Positions 18,348-27,445 of a DNA stretch of 64,000 bases are shown one piece after another (position 1 is the first letter of the stretch; each line of letters opens with the position of its first letter). The notes below the pieces were generated by a model. That model was not told the DNA's origin. It was given only the letters and a program-made list of their open reading frames with translations, and did not search any database. Both the position numbers and the translations under genes were made by a program. The DNA comes from a virus: IMG/VR virus record IMGVR_UViG_3300035492_000225; one strand, 5' to 3'.

Positions 18348-18662
18348 TTAGTCAATACATGCTTCTTTCCACAGGAAGATGGCACCACGTTCATACATCT
18401 TACCGCGATCACTGCGCATCACAGGTTTTGGGAACGGTGGCTTTCTTGATGGGACTTTACCGTTCTTATATCGTGCCAGTGTATTGGTGCTGATATTGAG
18501 TAGATCGCAGACCTCACGCGTTGACATATAGAGATCGGTATCCTCAGTAAACCCATTGACTGCCTTCAACATATAGAGTTGTTTCTTCATCAACTCCAGC
18601 TGCGTTTCCATCTTCTCAATGCTGTCGGTGAGTACATTTATTGCGGTATTGATAGTGTTCAT
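18348..18662 (-). CDS. AlpA/Xis/MerR-like HTH DNA-binding protein
   Basis: YMSTREVCDLLNISTNTLARY...PFPKP...W motif after an N-terminal coiled coil. Confidence 0.75.
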   Translation of the reverse strand: MNTINTAINVLTDSIEKMETQLELMKKQLYMLKAVNGFTEDTDLYMSTREVCDLLNISTNTLARYKNGKVPSRKPPFPKPVMRSDRGKMYERGAIFLWKEACID

Positions 18663-18671
18663 GACACCTCC

Positions 18672-18974
18672 CTACAGATTGATGACATCCCCCAACTGCG
18701 AGAACTGTACCATGTTTGGGGTGGTCTCCCCATCCACATCGATCATAGTTCCATAGGCCGCTTTTTGCCGACTCAAAGGATGCGGGCCTATTTCGGCCAC
18801 GTAAAACACAGCCGACCCATTACCCACCAGACGATAAACCTTTCCTGGATAAATGGTCCTTTCTGGTTTCTTCAGATCTGCGAGGAACTTCCTCGCCTGA
18901 TCCTTCAATCTCAACTGTGAAGAGCGCATGAGTAACTGAGGGTCTACCTCGTAATGTCCTACTTGTTCAGTCAT
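18672..18974 (-). CDS. Hypothetical protein (100 aa)
   Basis: ORF with GGGG RBS-like sequence. Confidence 0.65.
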   Translation of the reverse strand: MTEQVGHYEVDPQLLMRSSQLRLKDQARKFLADLKKPERTIYPGKVYRLVGNGSAVFYVAEIGPHPLSRQKAAYGTMIDVDGETTPNMVQFSQLGDVINL

Positions 18975-18989
18975 TTCAGCATCCCCTTG

Positions 18990-19616
18990 TCATTTTAGTT
19001 TAGCTCTATCGATAGCCTGGTCAAGTGTAAGCAAATTACCATAGATATCGCCTTTGACATACTGTTCTGCAATCTTGTCATGGATCGCAGGTGGTGGTAG
19101 AGGAGTGTGTCCCAATTCCGCCAGTAGGTGATTCAACCAATATTGTTTATCGGGGTTCCATACTGTCTCCACATCCATGTAAAATACAGTACCTTTCACT
19201 TCGATATCACCATAACTGACATTACTGTAATGGTACATGCGGACAGTCACTTCATCACGCCACACGCCATATTCGAGTGTAAATGTCTTCTCAATGGCCT
19301 TAGGGTAAAAAGCGCCGGTAATCCTTTTGATATCGTGGTCGCTGAAGTGTTTCGTCTGTTTTGGATACTTCCTGGAAAAATCAATCGATCGACCACCCAG
19401 ATGTTTGATGAGATACACCATCTGTTGTTGAAGTGGATGGGTTCCTTCAGTATACTGGATATCTTCCGAATAATCTCTAGACATCTCACCTGATCCGATG
19501 GACAGACCAGCGGTTTGCAAGTGTATCCCTACAACGGGCATCCCATCGCCGCTGATTCGATGACCTGCCTCAGAAATAAGATTACCTATTGGGGAGGGAG
19601 TTTTTCCTTTGAACAT
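18990..19616 (-). CDS. Hypothetical protein (208 aa)
   Basis: ORF with AAGGAG RBS. Confidence 0.7.
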   Translation of the reverse strand: MFKGKTPSPIGNLISEAGHRISGDGMPVVGIHLQTAGLSIGSGEMSRDYSEDIQYTEGTHPLQQQMVYLIKHLGGRSIDFSRKYPKQTKHFSDHDIKRITGAFYPKAIEKTFTLEYGVWRDEVTVRMYHYSNVSYGDIEVKGTVFYMDVETVWNPDKQYWLNHLLAELGHTPLPPPAIHDKIAEQYVKGDIYGNLLTLDQAIDRAKLK

Positions 19617-19689
19617 TTTAGACGACTCCTTTTGACAAGATGGATGTCACATTGTTGTCTTTCATAAACCATCCTAAACTAGTTATGTG

Positions 19690-19725
19690 GCATAGAGACA
19701 CGGTTCCAGCCCGTGTCTCTATGTC
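19690..19725. repeat. CATAGAG-family hairpin
   Basis: catagagacacgg-ttccagc-ccgtgtctctatg. Confidence 0.8.
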
Positions 19726-19746
19726 GTTATATTTTTGGATGTAATG

Positions 19747-20208
19747 CTAGTGGGACTTTATTTGTTCAATGGCTTTTTCGAGAACAGCGATCCAGTCCTC
19801 GGGAGTGGTCCCAAATGGAATATTCCATGATAAGATGAGTGCTTTCCACCACTGATCTTCCTCAGGTAAACCTTGATGTTTTCTGAAGGTATGGCTCAGT
19901 CGCCATAGGTGCGGATAATTCGAAAGTTTATCGGTATCGCAAGATACATTAAACAATGCCTCGAGAAGATTATCGAATAACTCCCGATTATCGGTAGCGA
20001 ACATGATGTATCCGCTACATTTATTACCCTTTCGTTTTTCTAGATGTCCTTGACAACTCCAAACAGGGGCCACCCCAGGATACTTGGATAGCGCTGTCAG
20101 AGCAGGAACCAGTAACGGATCGAGTGCCTCAACAGAGTTAGCAAGTGTATGTTCCCAGCGCTGCTTAAAATAACTTAACTGTGATTCGGTTGCTATATGC
20201 ATGGTCAC
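19747..20208 (-). CDS. Hypothetical protein with SCQGH motif (TYW3-like)
   Basis: LDPLLVPALTALSKYPGVAPVWSCQGH resembles the ID..I..L...G..T..SC.GH motif. Confidence 0.55.
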   Translation of the reverse strand: MTMHIATESQLSYFKQRWEHTLANSVEALDPLLVPALTALSKYPGVAPVWSCQGHLEKRKGNKCSGYIMFATDNRELFDNLLEALFNVSCDTDKLSNYPHLWRLSHTFRKHQGLPEEDQWWKALILSWNIPFGTTPEDWIAVLEKAIEQIKSH

Positions 20209-20222
20209 TGTCCTCCTACAAC

Positions 20223-20519
20223 CTACACTGCTACCGGCATGCTGATATGTGGATGACTAACATAGTCAACCAACTCGAAATCTTCGTACGTAAACCCGAA
20301 GATATCCCTGACATCGGGATTGATTTTCATGGTAGGTAGTGGATGGGGTTCGCGAGTCAGTTGGAGATCAATCTGCTCCAGGTGATTGCTGTAGATATGA
20401 CAATCGCCACCAGTCCAAATGAACTCACCAGGGACCATATTTACCACCTGAGCCACCATCATGGTCAACAATGCATAGGAGGCGATATTGAACGGAACTC
20501 CCAGACCGCTATCTGCACT
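20223..20519 (-). CDS. thyA: Thymidylate synthase, exon 2
   Basis: [15 protein letters not shown]...GDCHIYSNH...PVAV; joins exon 1 to give LYQRSAD. Confidence 0.95.
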   Translation of the reverse strand, partial: SADSGLGVPFNIASYALLTMMVAQVVNMVPGEFIWTGGDCHIYSNHLEQIDLQLTREPHPLPTMKINPDVRDIFGFTYEDFELVDYVSHPHISMPVAV

Positions 20520-21322
20520 CATTATATTCGGCTAGGGTCGTTAATCCTAACCCGCCCATCATTGATAGGCAGCTGCATGTCACCATGCAGATTAGACTAT
20601 ATCACACTCCACTTCCGTGTGGAGTCCTCCCATTTCGGGTCCACTAGGACCCTACTCTACTCGGTTCACCTTGATCTTCACTGAGGTGCCTTTCGATAGT
20701 CGTTGAACGTCACTCTTTAGGACTAAATGTCCATCCTCGATGTTTAACTATCTTACCTTTAAGGCAAGCAGAGATAGTGCCTTGTGTAAGACCATGCTCT
20801 TTAGCAAAACTGGATTGATTCAGCACGTCGAATATCCTACCGTCTGGCGCAGTGGCTATAAACGGAGTCATTTGTTTCGGCTTTACTGAATTATTTTTCT
20901 CGAGGCTAACGAATACACACGTATCTGGCGAATATACTTTATTGTTTGGATCTAAAGTATCTTTGTCTAGATGTAACTTACCATCTAATAAAAGCCCCTC
21001 ATCGAATCCAGGTAATCTCCTGGCATCGTCTAGGAACTGTTCTTTATCTTTCCAGCGTTCATCTACAGTAACACCATTGCCGCCGTAATCATCGAATCTC
21101 GGGTGAGATTCATCGTGACAACGGGACATCATGTTATACCAACGCTTAGATAAATTTCGCCTTACTTTCGAATCTGGTCGTGTTGGTTTCATGCCACCTC
21201 CTCTGAATAGAGATAGCGTATATTCGTTATTGAGTTTTCGCTGCTGATTGTCTCAGTGAGATGTCCCAGCAATTAGAGAGGTTGTTCAATGTAGCTTACG
21301 CTACAAGGGCGCAGTAATGTTT
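20520..21322 (-). mobile_element. Group I intron (803 nt) in thyA
   Basis: 5' splice after U (cagcgU/aaac), terminal G (auaauG/agu); P (aauugcuggg), Q (aaucagcag), R (ucaacgacua) and S (gauauagucu) elements and a P9 hairpin are present. Confidence 0.93.
20710..21192 (-). CDS. Intron-encoded HNH-type homing endonuclease with C-terminal HTH
   Basis: WYNMMSRC...YGGNG..V.ERW...LDKD....N..YSP.TC.F; C-terminal NUMOD1-like HTH; lies between Q and R. Confidence 0.85.
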   Translation of the reverse strand: MKPTRPDSKVRRNLSKRWYNMMSRCHDESHPRFDDYGGNGVTVDERWKDKEQFLDDARRLPGFDEGLLLDGKLHLDKDTLDPNNKVYSPDTCVFVSLEKNNSVKPKQMTPFIATAPDGRIFDVLNQSSFAKEHGLTQGTISACLKGKIVKHRGWTFSPKE

Positions 21323-22180
21323 ACGCTGATAGAGCTGACATGAAAGTTTACGAGTAGGGACACCTGTAGCAGCCAGGAGCTCTTCGATGTCACTTTGCAT
21401 GTATATACCACCTTCATCATCCAGACCGATACCTTCAAACCCACCGACCAGATCAAGACGTTCCTGATAGGAGAGTGGTGCGGTGTAGAACTGGAATAAC
21501 GTGTGACATGGTGGGAGAGCCATCTGATCGACTTCTGCAGGGTTCCAGGCTGAGACGATGAGACGACGGCTGTCCGGATTGGTCTTCAATGTATTGATCA
21601 GATTAGAGATCTGATCGATCGAACCACCGTCTGGAGTCGGCCAAGAACGCCACTGAGAACCATACACAGGTCCGAGTTCACCACCGATGAGTTTCATCGG
21701 CTTATGTCCGATGATGTCCTCATACGCTCTGGAATACGATGCATCTGATCCGTATTCGAATACCACGTGTTTGCCATCATCTTCATCACGAAGTAGTTGA
21801 TAACCGTCAGTACCTACCAGCTCGTCCGAAAGAACGGGACAGAAATCGGTGCACTCAAACCACTTGATGAGTTCAGCACGGATCTCGTTGGGTGTCAGTT
21901 CTTGGTACTCTTCAGTTCCTTTCAACAACCACTCATCCCAGATACTGACGCCGTTCTCCTTGAGGTAGCGAATATTGGTCTCGCCTTTAAGGAACCACAG
22001 CAGTTCATGGATGATGGACTTCAGATGGGTCTTCTTGGTAGTGACAAGAGGGAATTTACCGGCACTAAGATCAAATCTCATCTGTCGTCCAAAAACACTA
22101 TAGGTACCTGTTCCTGTCCGATCAGATTTAAAGACGCCGTGTTCGCGGATGTGACGCAGCATATCGAGATATTGTTTCAT
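21323..22180 (-). CDS. thyA: Thymidylate synthase, exon 1
   Basis: [30 protein letters not shown] catalytic motif, KLSCQLYQR. Confidence 0.96.
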
Positions 22181-22256
22181 CGTTGATCCTTATTTGGTTG
22201 AATTTCGTATAACGGTCTAGTACCGAAATGTCTAAATTAATGCCCTTAGTTTTGAT

Positions 22257-22553
22257 TCACTGAGAGTTCTTCCTGTAATACTCAACCTCTGCGAGTGTCA
22301 CCGGATCACCCAACCCAGCTAATATAACCTTATCCCACACACGTCGTATGACCAACTCGTCTTCTTGTCCTATCAACAGCAATACAGCATCGAGTTGGTC
22401 CTGAATAGTTTGCCTAGCCCGTTTAAGACCAATGGACATGCAATACGGACATTGTGGCAACTGAGATGAATTAACAGGATGACCTGGGAGTTTGGCAAAG
22501 CGATGTCCGAAATCACAGGTATCGATGACAGGTGCTGGTATATCATTATCCAT
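22257..22553 (-). CDS. Small protein with CxxGH...CPYC putative Zn ribbon
   Basis: CDFGH and QCPYC motifs; ATG 22553 overlaps the upstream stop. Confidence 0.6.
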   Translation of the reverse strand: MDNDIPAPVIDTCDFGHRFAKLPGHPVNSSQLPQCPYCMSIGLKRARQTIQDQLDAVLLLIGQEDELVIRRVWDKVILAGLGDPVTLAEVEYYRKNSQ

Positions 22554-22875
22554 CTGACACACTCCCTTTATCCGGATAAATAGTGCTGAACACATTGAGG
22601 TTGCGCCCAAATACCTCAGTCCTGAAATGAAACAAGCTACTGGGCAGCATCTTAAACCCATGCTCGATGCAGAACTGTTCCAGGGGTTTTGGGTCACCCC
22701 GGTGTTTCAAATCCACCAGCGGCCTGATCGCATCTTTCAACTGTGCGTAGAAGATTCGCCTTACTGTTTCGAGTTCATCATTGGGTTTGATCTCATAGAC
22801 AGCGCGATCATCCTCATGAGCTCGTTTAACGAGTGGATTTTCTTGCCAGTTGTGTAGCAGGTCGTCGTTATTCAT
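22546..22875 (-). CDS. Hypothetical protein
   Basis: ATGA overlap with 22872..23051 fixes the start at 22875. Confidence 0.65.
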   Translation of the reverse strand: MNNDDLLHNWQENPLVKRAHEDDRAVYEIKPNDELETVRRIFYAQLKDAIRPLVDLKHRGDPKPLEQFCIEHGFKMLPSSLFHFRTEVFGRNLNVFSTIYPDKGSVSDG

Positions 22876-23051
22876 ACCCACCCCCAAATTGTTAGTACTT
22901 TCTCCACTACGAGATAGTACGCATATGGGAAGAAGAGGATAGAGAAGGTTACGCTCCAGAATCCTTTAGCCAGGACAATACCTGCCAACCACGGAGTGAC
23001 AATAAACACCACTGTGAGTAGACCACTTAGATCAGAGATAAATCGACGCAT
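22872..23051 (-). CDS. Small membrane protein (59 aa), missed by the ORF track
   Basis: Hand translation MRRFISDLSGLLTVVFIVTPWLAGIVLAKGFWSVTFSILFFPYAYYLVVEKVLTIWGWV; fills the gap exactly. Confidence 0.75.
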   Translation of the reverse strand: MRRFISDLSGLLTVVFIVTPWLAGIVLAKGFWSVTFSILFFPYAYYLVVEKVLTIWGWV

Positions 23052-23063
23052 GATGCATCCACC

Positions 23064-23537
23064 CTAAACCAGTTTGAGGTGAGATCGATCTCGTTTCTGA
23101 TCGTTCGATCCAGTACTTGGTTTGTCGAGATCAGTGGGTGGTTCTTGAACAACTACTTCAGGTTTAACGAGTACCGGTACCTGTACCACACCTTTATCAG
23201 TCTGAATGTGACTGATTCCTGTCGCCGCTAACTCGAACAACAAACCCGAAGCACTACCACCATCAACGATGTATAATACGTCGCTATACGGGATATCCAA
23301 GTACGTATCCATACCAGCAAGACGGCAGTTGAAAGAGAAGCTATTGTCACCATAGACCCAGTTACGTACCGCATTGGGTCCAACTGACAACCGGATGACC
23401 CCATCTTTAACGTGTGACCTGACATGGGGAAGATTCGCGGGTACAGCCGAACCATTCACGATGATGTGACACACACCGCCGTTGTGTTCACTGACATAAT
23501 TGATGAAAGTGTGGAGTAGATGAGCAAACAAATTCAT
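23064..23537 (-). CDS. sspB: SspB-like ClpXP adaptor, copy 1
   Basis: HVKDGVIRLSVGPNAVRN...FSFNCRLAG...IPYSDVLYI and C-terminal RSHLKLV resembling the ClpX-binding tail. Confidence 0.85.
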   Translation of the reverse strand: MNLFAHLLHTFINYVSEHNGGVCHIIVNGSAVPANLPHVRSHVKDGVIRLSVGPNAVRNWVYGDNSFSFNCRLAGMDTYLDIPYSDVLYIVDGGSASGLLFELAATGISHIQTDKGVVQVPVLVKPEVVVQEPPTDLDKPSTGSNDQKRDRSHLKLV

Positions 23538-23603
23538 ATTTCTTTCCTTAGTTAACGGTATCTCATCAGATACCGGTAGTTGGTTTGTTTTTACATCGAG
23601 ACA

Positions 23604-23639
23604 GCATAGAGAGGAGAGGTAACCCTCTCCTCTCTATGC
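23604..23639. repeat. CATAGAGAGG-family hairpin
   Basis: gcatagagaggagagg-taac-cctctcctctctatgc. Confidence 0.9.
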
Positions 23640-23640
23640 G

Positions 23641-24303
23641 TTATTTACGAATTGTCGCATAATCGGGTTTGAGTTTGCCAAGCCAGCGGACAAAATTTAC
23701 CTGTGAGTAGAAAGGAACGTTTTCGTGCATGTTCTTGGTAGATTCCACACAATGCACAGGTTTGGTAAATCGCGTGAATTCAAACGCAGTCAGGGATAAT
23801 TGCTGCGCTATCGAAAGACTTCGATAGGAAATAGGTACCGGTGTATTAGGCATCAGACCGAGTGCCAAATCGATTGCTGGATCACACTCTGTACCACACT
23901 TAAGTGATTCAAGAAAATACAGTTCACGACAACTCAGTGTCTGAGTAGTGCGATGACGACGCAAGGCAGATGCGATGTCATGAGAGTCCAGTAGAGATAC
24001 GAACATCAAATCAGTCGCATTGCCATACTGACCTCTGTCACGCGCCTCCACCACTCCAGCCAAATGACGGAATACCGTATTCCAGCTACCACTGGGACGT
24101 AGTCTGATCAGCGTCACCTTTTTACCACCAGTGTTTTGCTCATTCAGAGATCGTTTACCGGCATTATTCGCCAGGACGACAAACTCCTTACACTTGCTGT
24201 TTCTGATCACCTGTTCAGCCTGTGCATAATCATCCACATACACCAGTGGGTGACTGATCAATGCGTTTTCAGTGATGAGGTTCTCTACAGTCTTGTGTTC
24301 CAT
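23641..24303 (-). CDS. Hypothetical protein (220 aa)
   Basis: ORF with AAGGGG RBS-like sequence. Confidence 0.7.
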   Translation of the reverse strand: MEHKTVENLITENALISHPLVYVDDYAQAEQVIRNSKCKEFVVLANNAGKRSLNEQNTGGKKVTLIRLRPSGSWNTVFRHLAGVVEARDRGQYGNATDLMFVSLLDSHDIASALRRHRTTQTLSCRELYFLESLKCGTECDPAIDLALGLMPNTPVPISYRSLSIAQQLSLTAFEFTRFTKPVHCVESTKNMHENVPFYSQVNFVRWLGKLKPDYATIRK

Positions 24304-24326
24304 GTTATCCCCTTATGTTACATGGT

Positions 24327-24641
24327 TTACTTGGTTGCTACTTCTTCAGATTCTGGGACGTATGAGCATGAGAACCCAATACGCCCCATAAATTCGATGG
24401 CTTGTTTCTTGGTCATTGTTAAAATTGGAAATTCCGTCAACTGCATCGCACTGTGTCTATTCCGCAAGTTGGTTAGAATATCGTCACTCAGACCAGTAAC
24501 GTATTTAACTCGAATGGACTCCATCATCTGCCACAAAGGAGCTATCTCGGAATACGACCCTTTACCGAAATGTTTCTCAACAGCGGTAGTGAATGAATCT
24601 AGTTGATTGTACGTTTTCAACCACACTTCAGAAATTTCCAT
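24327..24641 (-). CDS. Hypothetical protein (104 aa)
   Basis: ORF. Confidence 0.65.
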   Translation of the reverse strand: MEISEVWLKTYNQLDSFTTAVEKHFGKGSYSEIAPLWQMMESIRVKYVTGLSDDILTNLRNRHSAMQLTEFPILTMTKKQAIEFMGRIGFSCSYVPESEEVATK

Positions 24642-24649
24642 ACTACACC

Positions 24650-25147
24650 TTAACGACTTCGTCGGATCAGTTGAAGATCCTGTTGTTCTGGCTGGATCTC
24701 TTTTGGAGGCTCGATAGTTGTGACTTCACTAGAAACAACGCCATCACGTTTCGGTTTATTCGCCCGTCTTTGTGCCCCAGGGGCACGGATGGGAGGTGGT
24801 ACTTCGATGATGTTCATATGACCTTCGTCTGTTAATACACCACCGCTACCAGCTGCCAATACGGCTCTGATGGCTTCGTAGGGTATCTCGAGACGGTGCG
24901 TGAAGGCAGAGAACTTCACGGTCACTTCCATTGAGAAGTCATCAAGGTCTAACTGAGTAGCATACCCAGGCGCAACACAAATGATGAATTCATGGTAATC
25001 CTTACTCGAGTGCATGGACTCTAACACACCGTCTTTGAGTATGCTATTATCCACCAGAATACAGGCCAGTACTTTACGTTCTATAAAGTAGTCAATGGCT
25101 GCTTTCACGAGAAAACGTTGCCACAACGGATGTTTGGTGTCGTTCAT
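24650..25147 (-). CDS. SspB-like protein, copy 2 (divergent)
   Basis: FLVKAAIDYF..ACILVD..FIICVAPGYATQLDL..VTVKFSA...LEIPYEAIRAVLA follows the SspB fold pattern; tail LQLIRRSR. Confidence 0.7.
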   Translation of the reverse strand: MNDTKHPLWQRFLVKAAIDYFIERKVLACILVDNSILKDGVLESMHSSKDYHEFIICVAPGYATQLDLDDFSMEVTVKFSAFTHRLEIPYEAIRAVLAAGSGGVLTDEGHMNIIEVPPPIRAPGAQRRANKPKRDGVVSSEVTTIEPPKEIQPEQQDLQLIRRSR

Positions 25148-25200
25148 GATACCCTCGTTGTGATAAGGGGTAGATGTCAGTACATCATAACATCCCCTGT

Positions 25201-25659
25201 TTATGATTTATACTCCACTTCAAATGACAGTGATCCATCCTCTGGATAATACCGGACAGTGAAGATCTGGACATCTGTCTTATTGATGGTGGACCCGATG
25301 ACATTACTTGCCAACGACACAGCCAGAGTGACCAAATCAACAATGGTCTTTTCGTTGTGAGTGAAAACAAGAAAAGCATCTCCGCGTGAAACTGTGCGGT
25401 AATTGACATCGTTGAATTTCACTTGGAAATCATGTTCAGCAGTATGATGTATTTCCATGAGGAACTTCAATTCATCAACACTGAACTCACCCAGACCCAG
25501 TAGTTCTTCAGTGAGTAGGGAGGTGTAATGAAATGGATCCTCTTTGACCTCCAGTTCTTTCTCACTCACCCAAACCAGTCCAGGTATCTCAGCACCGCAG
25601 TTGGCTAACTCACACAGGAGATACTTCGCCGATTCTTCAAGATCGGGTAATTGCTCCAT
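25201..25659 (-). CDS. Hypothetical protein
   Basis: ATG 25659 behind AAGGAG; overlaps the upstream gene end. Confidence 0.65.
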   Translation of the reverse strand: MEQLPDLEESAKYLLCELANCGAEIPGLVWVSEKELEVKEDPFHYTSLLTEELLGLGEFSVDELKFLMEIHHTAEHDFQVKFNDVNYRTVSRGDAFLVFTHNEKTIVDLVTLAVSLASNVIGSTINKTDVQIFTVRYYPEDGSLSFEVEYKS

Positions 25660-26185
25660 CGACAATCTCCTTAGATACATCTGAGAGGAAGATATCCCCA
25701 TCCTTTAATTGCTGTTCTGTTATACCGCCCAGGAGCGATCCAAACTTCGACAGATGGTGATTGATGGCATGGATATTATCACCCTGAAACTTCAGGAAGA
25801 AAACGGCTTTATTACCCACCCATAACGGCATCGCCACTGCCGAGATAAGCTGTGCATCACTGTCGCGATTGACCCATGTGATAAATCTCCCCATCGAACT
25901 GCGATTGAGTGACATGATTTCGGTATCATCCTGGGCAATGAAATCATCGTCCGTGATGGGGATGACGCGGAATATATCCACATCATCCACTTTACCAAAT
26001 CCATAGAACAACTTACCGACGTCTACCTCGGTATAGGGTACGATATAGACGGAAACCAAATCATACCCCTCAACAGCTTCATCAGATACGGTAAGGTGAT
26101 CAAGAATGATGTTGTCAAACTCGTCACCGTGAACCCGAATCAACTCAGAGACATCGGTGCCTTTCTTAATAAACAAAAGTCTCAT
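25637..26185 (-). CDS. Hypothetical protein (182 aa)
   Basis: ORF, ATGA overlap upstream. Confidence 0.7.
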   Translation of the reverse strand: MRLLFIKKGTDVSELIRVHGDEFDNIILDHLTVSDEAVEGYDLVSVYIVPYTEVDVGKLFYGFGKVDDVDIFRVIPITDDDFIAQDDTEIMSLNRSSMGRFITWVNRDSDAQLISAVAMPLWVGNKAVFFLKFQGDNIHAINHHLSKFGSLLGGITEQQLKDGDIFLSDVSKEIVDGAITRS

Positions 26186-26751
26186 TCTTTCACCTTCTTG
26201 TAGATGTCCTGACCTGCCTCTGCCTTTACGTGATCCTCAGTCAGAGGTACGTACTTGATGTTAATGATGCGAGGTACACCACTAAAACCGAAATGGGGGA
26301 ACAGAACGATCTTACTGTAGAACGATTTGATCTGATTCTCCACCATGTATTCACGAGCGATTTCATGCTGGATGTTGATCTCGTCCTGCTCATCCCATGG
26401 ATCTTCAGGACGGAGCCAGTTAGGGCGGGTGTCAAGCTTAATCGGGTAGATCACATCATCGGGGAGCATGATCATACCGTGGTGACCGGATTCAACCAGG
26501 TCTTGCATGACGATGGCACAATCATGAATGACCGTAGTAAACCGCAAGATCGTTTCCTTGGGGTTCTTAGCCATCCAGACATCGTTGAGCATCTTCTTCT
26601 GGATGTTGGTTAGATCAGGCAACTCACGCAACAGACGTAGAGCGAGCTTACCTACCTTCTTTGGATTCATTTTGTCCACATCGACAAAATGGGTCAGGAT
26701 GTCCGCTTCTTGGCCCAGTGAACCCTTACGGCTGATTTCATTGTTGGTCAT
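26182..26751 (-). CDS. Hypothetical protein (189 aa)
   Basis: ORF. Confidence 0.7.
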   Translation of the reverse strand: MTNNEISRKGSLGQEADILTHFVDVDKMNPKKVGKLALRLLRELPDLTNIQKKMLNDVWMAKNPKETILRFTTVIHDCAIVMQDLVESGHHGMIMLPDDVIYPIKLDTRPNWLRPEDPWDEQDEINIQHEIAREYMVENQIKSFYSKIVLFPHFGFSGVPRIINIKYVPLTEDHVKAEAGQDIYKKVKE

Positions 26752-26758
26752 AATAGTC

Positions 26759-26893
26759 TTACCGATCGAAAGAGAAGATGTTGGGAATAGTTGGTTGTGG
26801 CAAAGGGGTAGGTGGTTCTACCTGACGGTACTCCAATTGTGGTGATGGATCGTAAGAACCACGCGGATACAACTGAGACTGATTCTCCTGCAT
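26759..26893 (-). CDS. Possible Pro-rich small protein (44 aa)
   Basis: Hand translation MQENQSQLYPRGSYDPSPQLEYRQVEPPTPLPQPTIPNIFSFDR fills the gap. Confidence 0.4.
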   Translation of the reverse strand: MQENQSQLYPRGSYDPSPQLEYRQVEPPTPLPQPTIPNIFSFDR

Positions 26894-26924
26894 AGACTTG
26901 TACAGCTCAGTAAAATCGATCTCT

Positions 26925-27329
26925 TTAGAACGGATTCTTCAGATACGCCTCAATGACCGCTTCTGCTTCAGTGGGAGTGAGTTTCGAGTTCATGAACTCA
27001 CGCAGGGTGCGGACAGCTGCTACGCGTTTCCCAATCGCAGCCAGTTGTCGCCAGTCATAAATGACATCGGAGTTCTGTTCAGTGTCCATGATCCAGCGGA
27101 TATCGGCGATGAGCTTCAGGCGCTTGGATACCCGGTTCATCATCGCTGTCAACACGACCCCAGCCTCGTGGACGTTCCCTTCATTGATGGTGGTGAAGTC
27201 AACGAAATTAACTTCGTACTCCCCCGCCATGATTGCTTCGATGTGTTCTTCTACCTGACGAATGTTCTGCTCGATATCGACCAGAGTCTTAGACAGTGCC
27301 GCAGCGAAGTTGTCTTGAATTTCCGGCAT
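26925..27329 (-). CDS. Hypothetical coiled-coil protein (134 aa)
   Basis: ORF with AAGGAG RBS. Confidence 0.75.
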   Translation of the reverse strand: MPEIQDNFAAALSKTLVDIEQNIRQVEEHIEAIMAGEYEVNFVDFTTINEGNVHEAGVVLTAMMNRVSKRLKLIADIRWIMDTEQNSDVIYDWRQLAAIGKRVAAVRTLREFMNSKLTPTEAEAVIEAYLKNPF

Positions 27330-27414
27330 GGTATTTCTCCTTAGTTAACGGTGTGTCCCAGTGCTTCGAGTGTAAACAGATCGTTGAGTTGACGCATGTA
27401 GACACCATTGAAAT

Positions 27415-27441
27415 AAAAAAGTGGCGGGGAAACCCGCCACT
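27415..27441 (-). terminator. Intrinsic terminator
   Basis: agtggcggg-4nt-cccgccact followed by a U-run on the minus strand. Confidence 0.85.
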
Positions 27442-27445
27442 ATGA

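Noticed and set aside
18348-18662. Prophage/integrative element implied by the Xis-like protein
   Set aside because: No integrase, att-like repeats or host genes in the window
21450-21950. Inteins in the thyA insertions
   Set aside because: No N-terminal C/S block or C-terminal HN motif; inserts are too short
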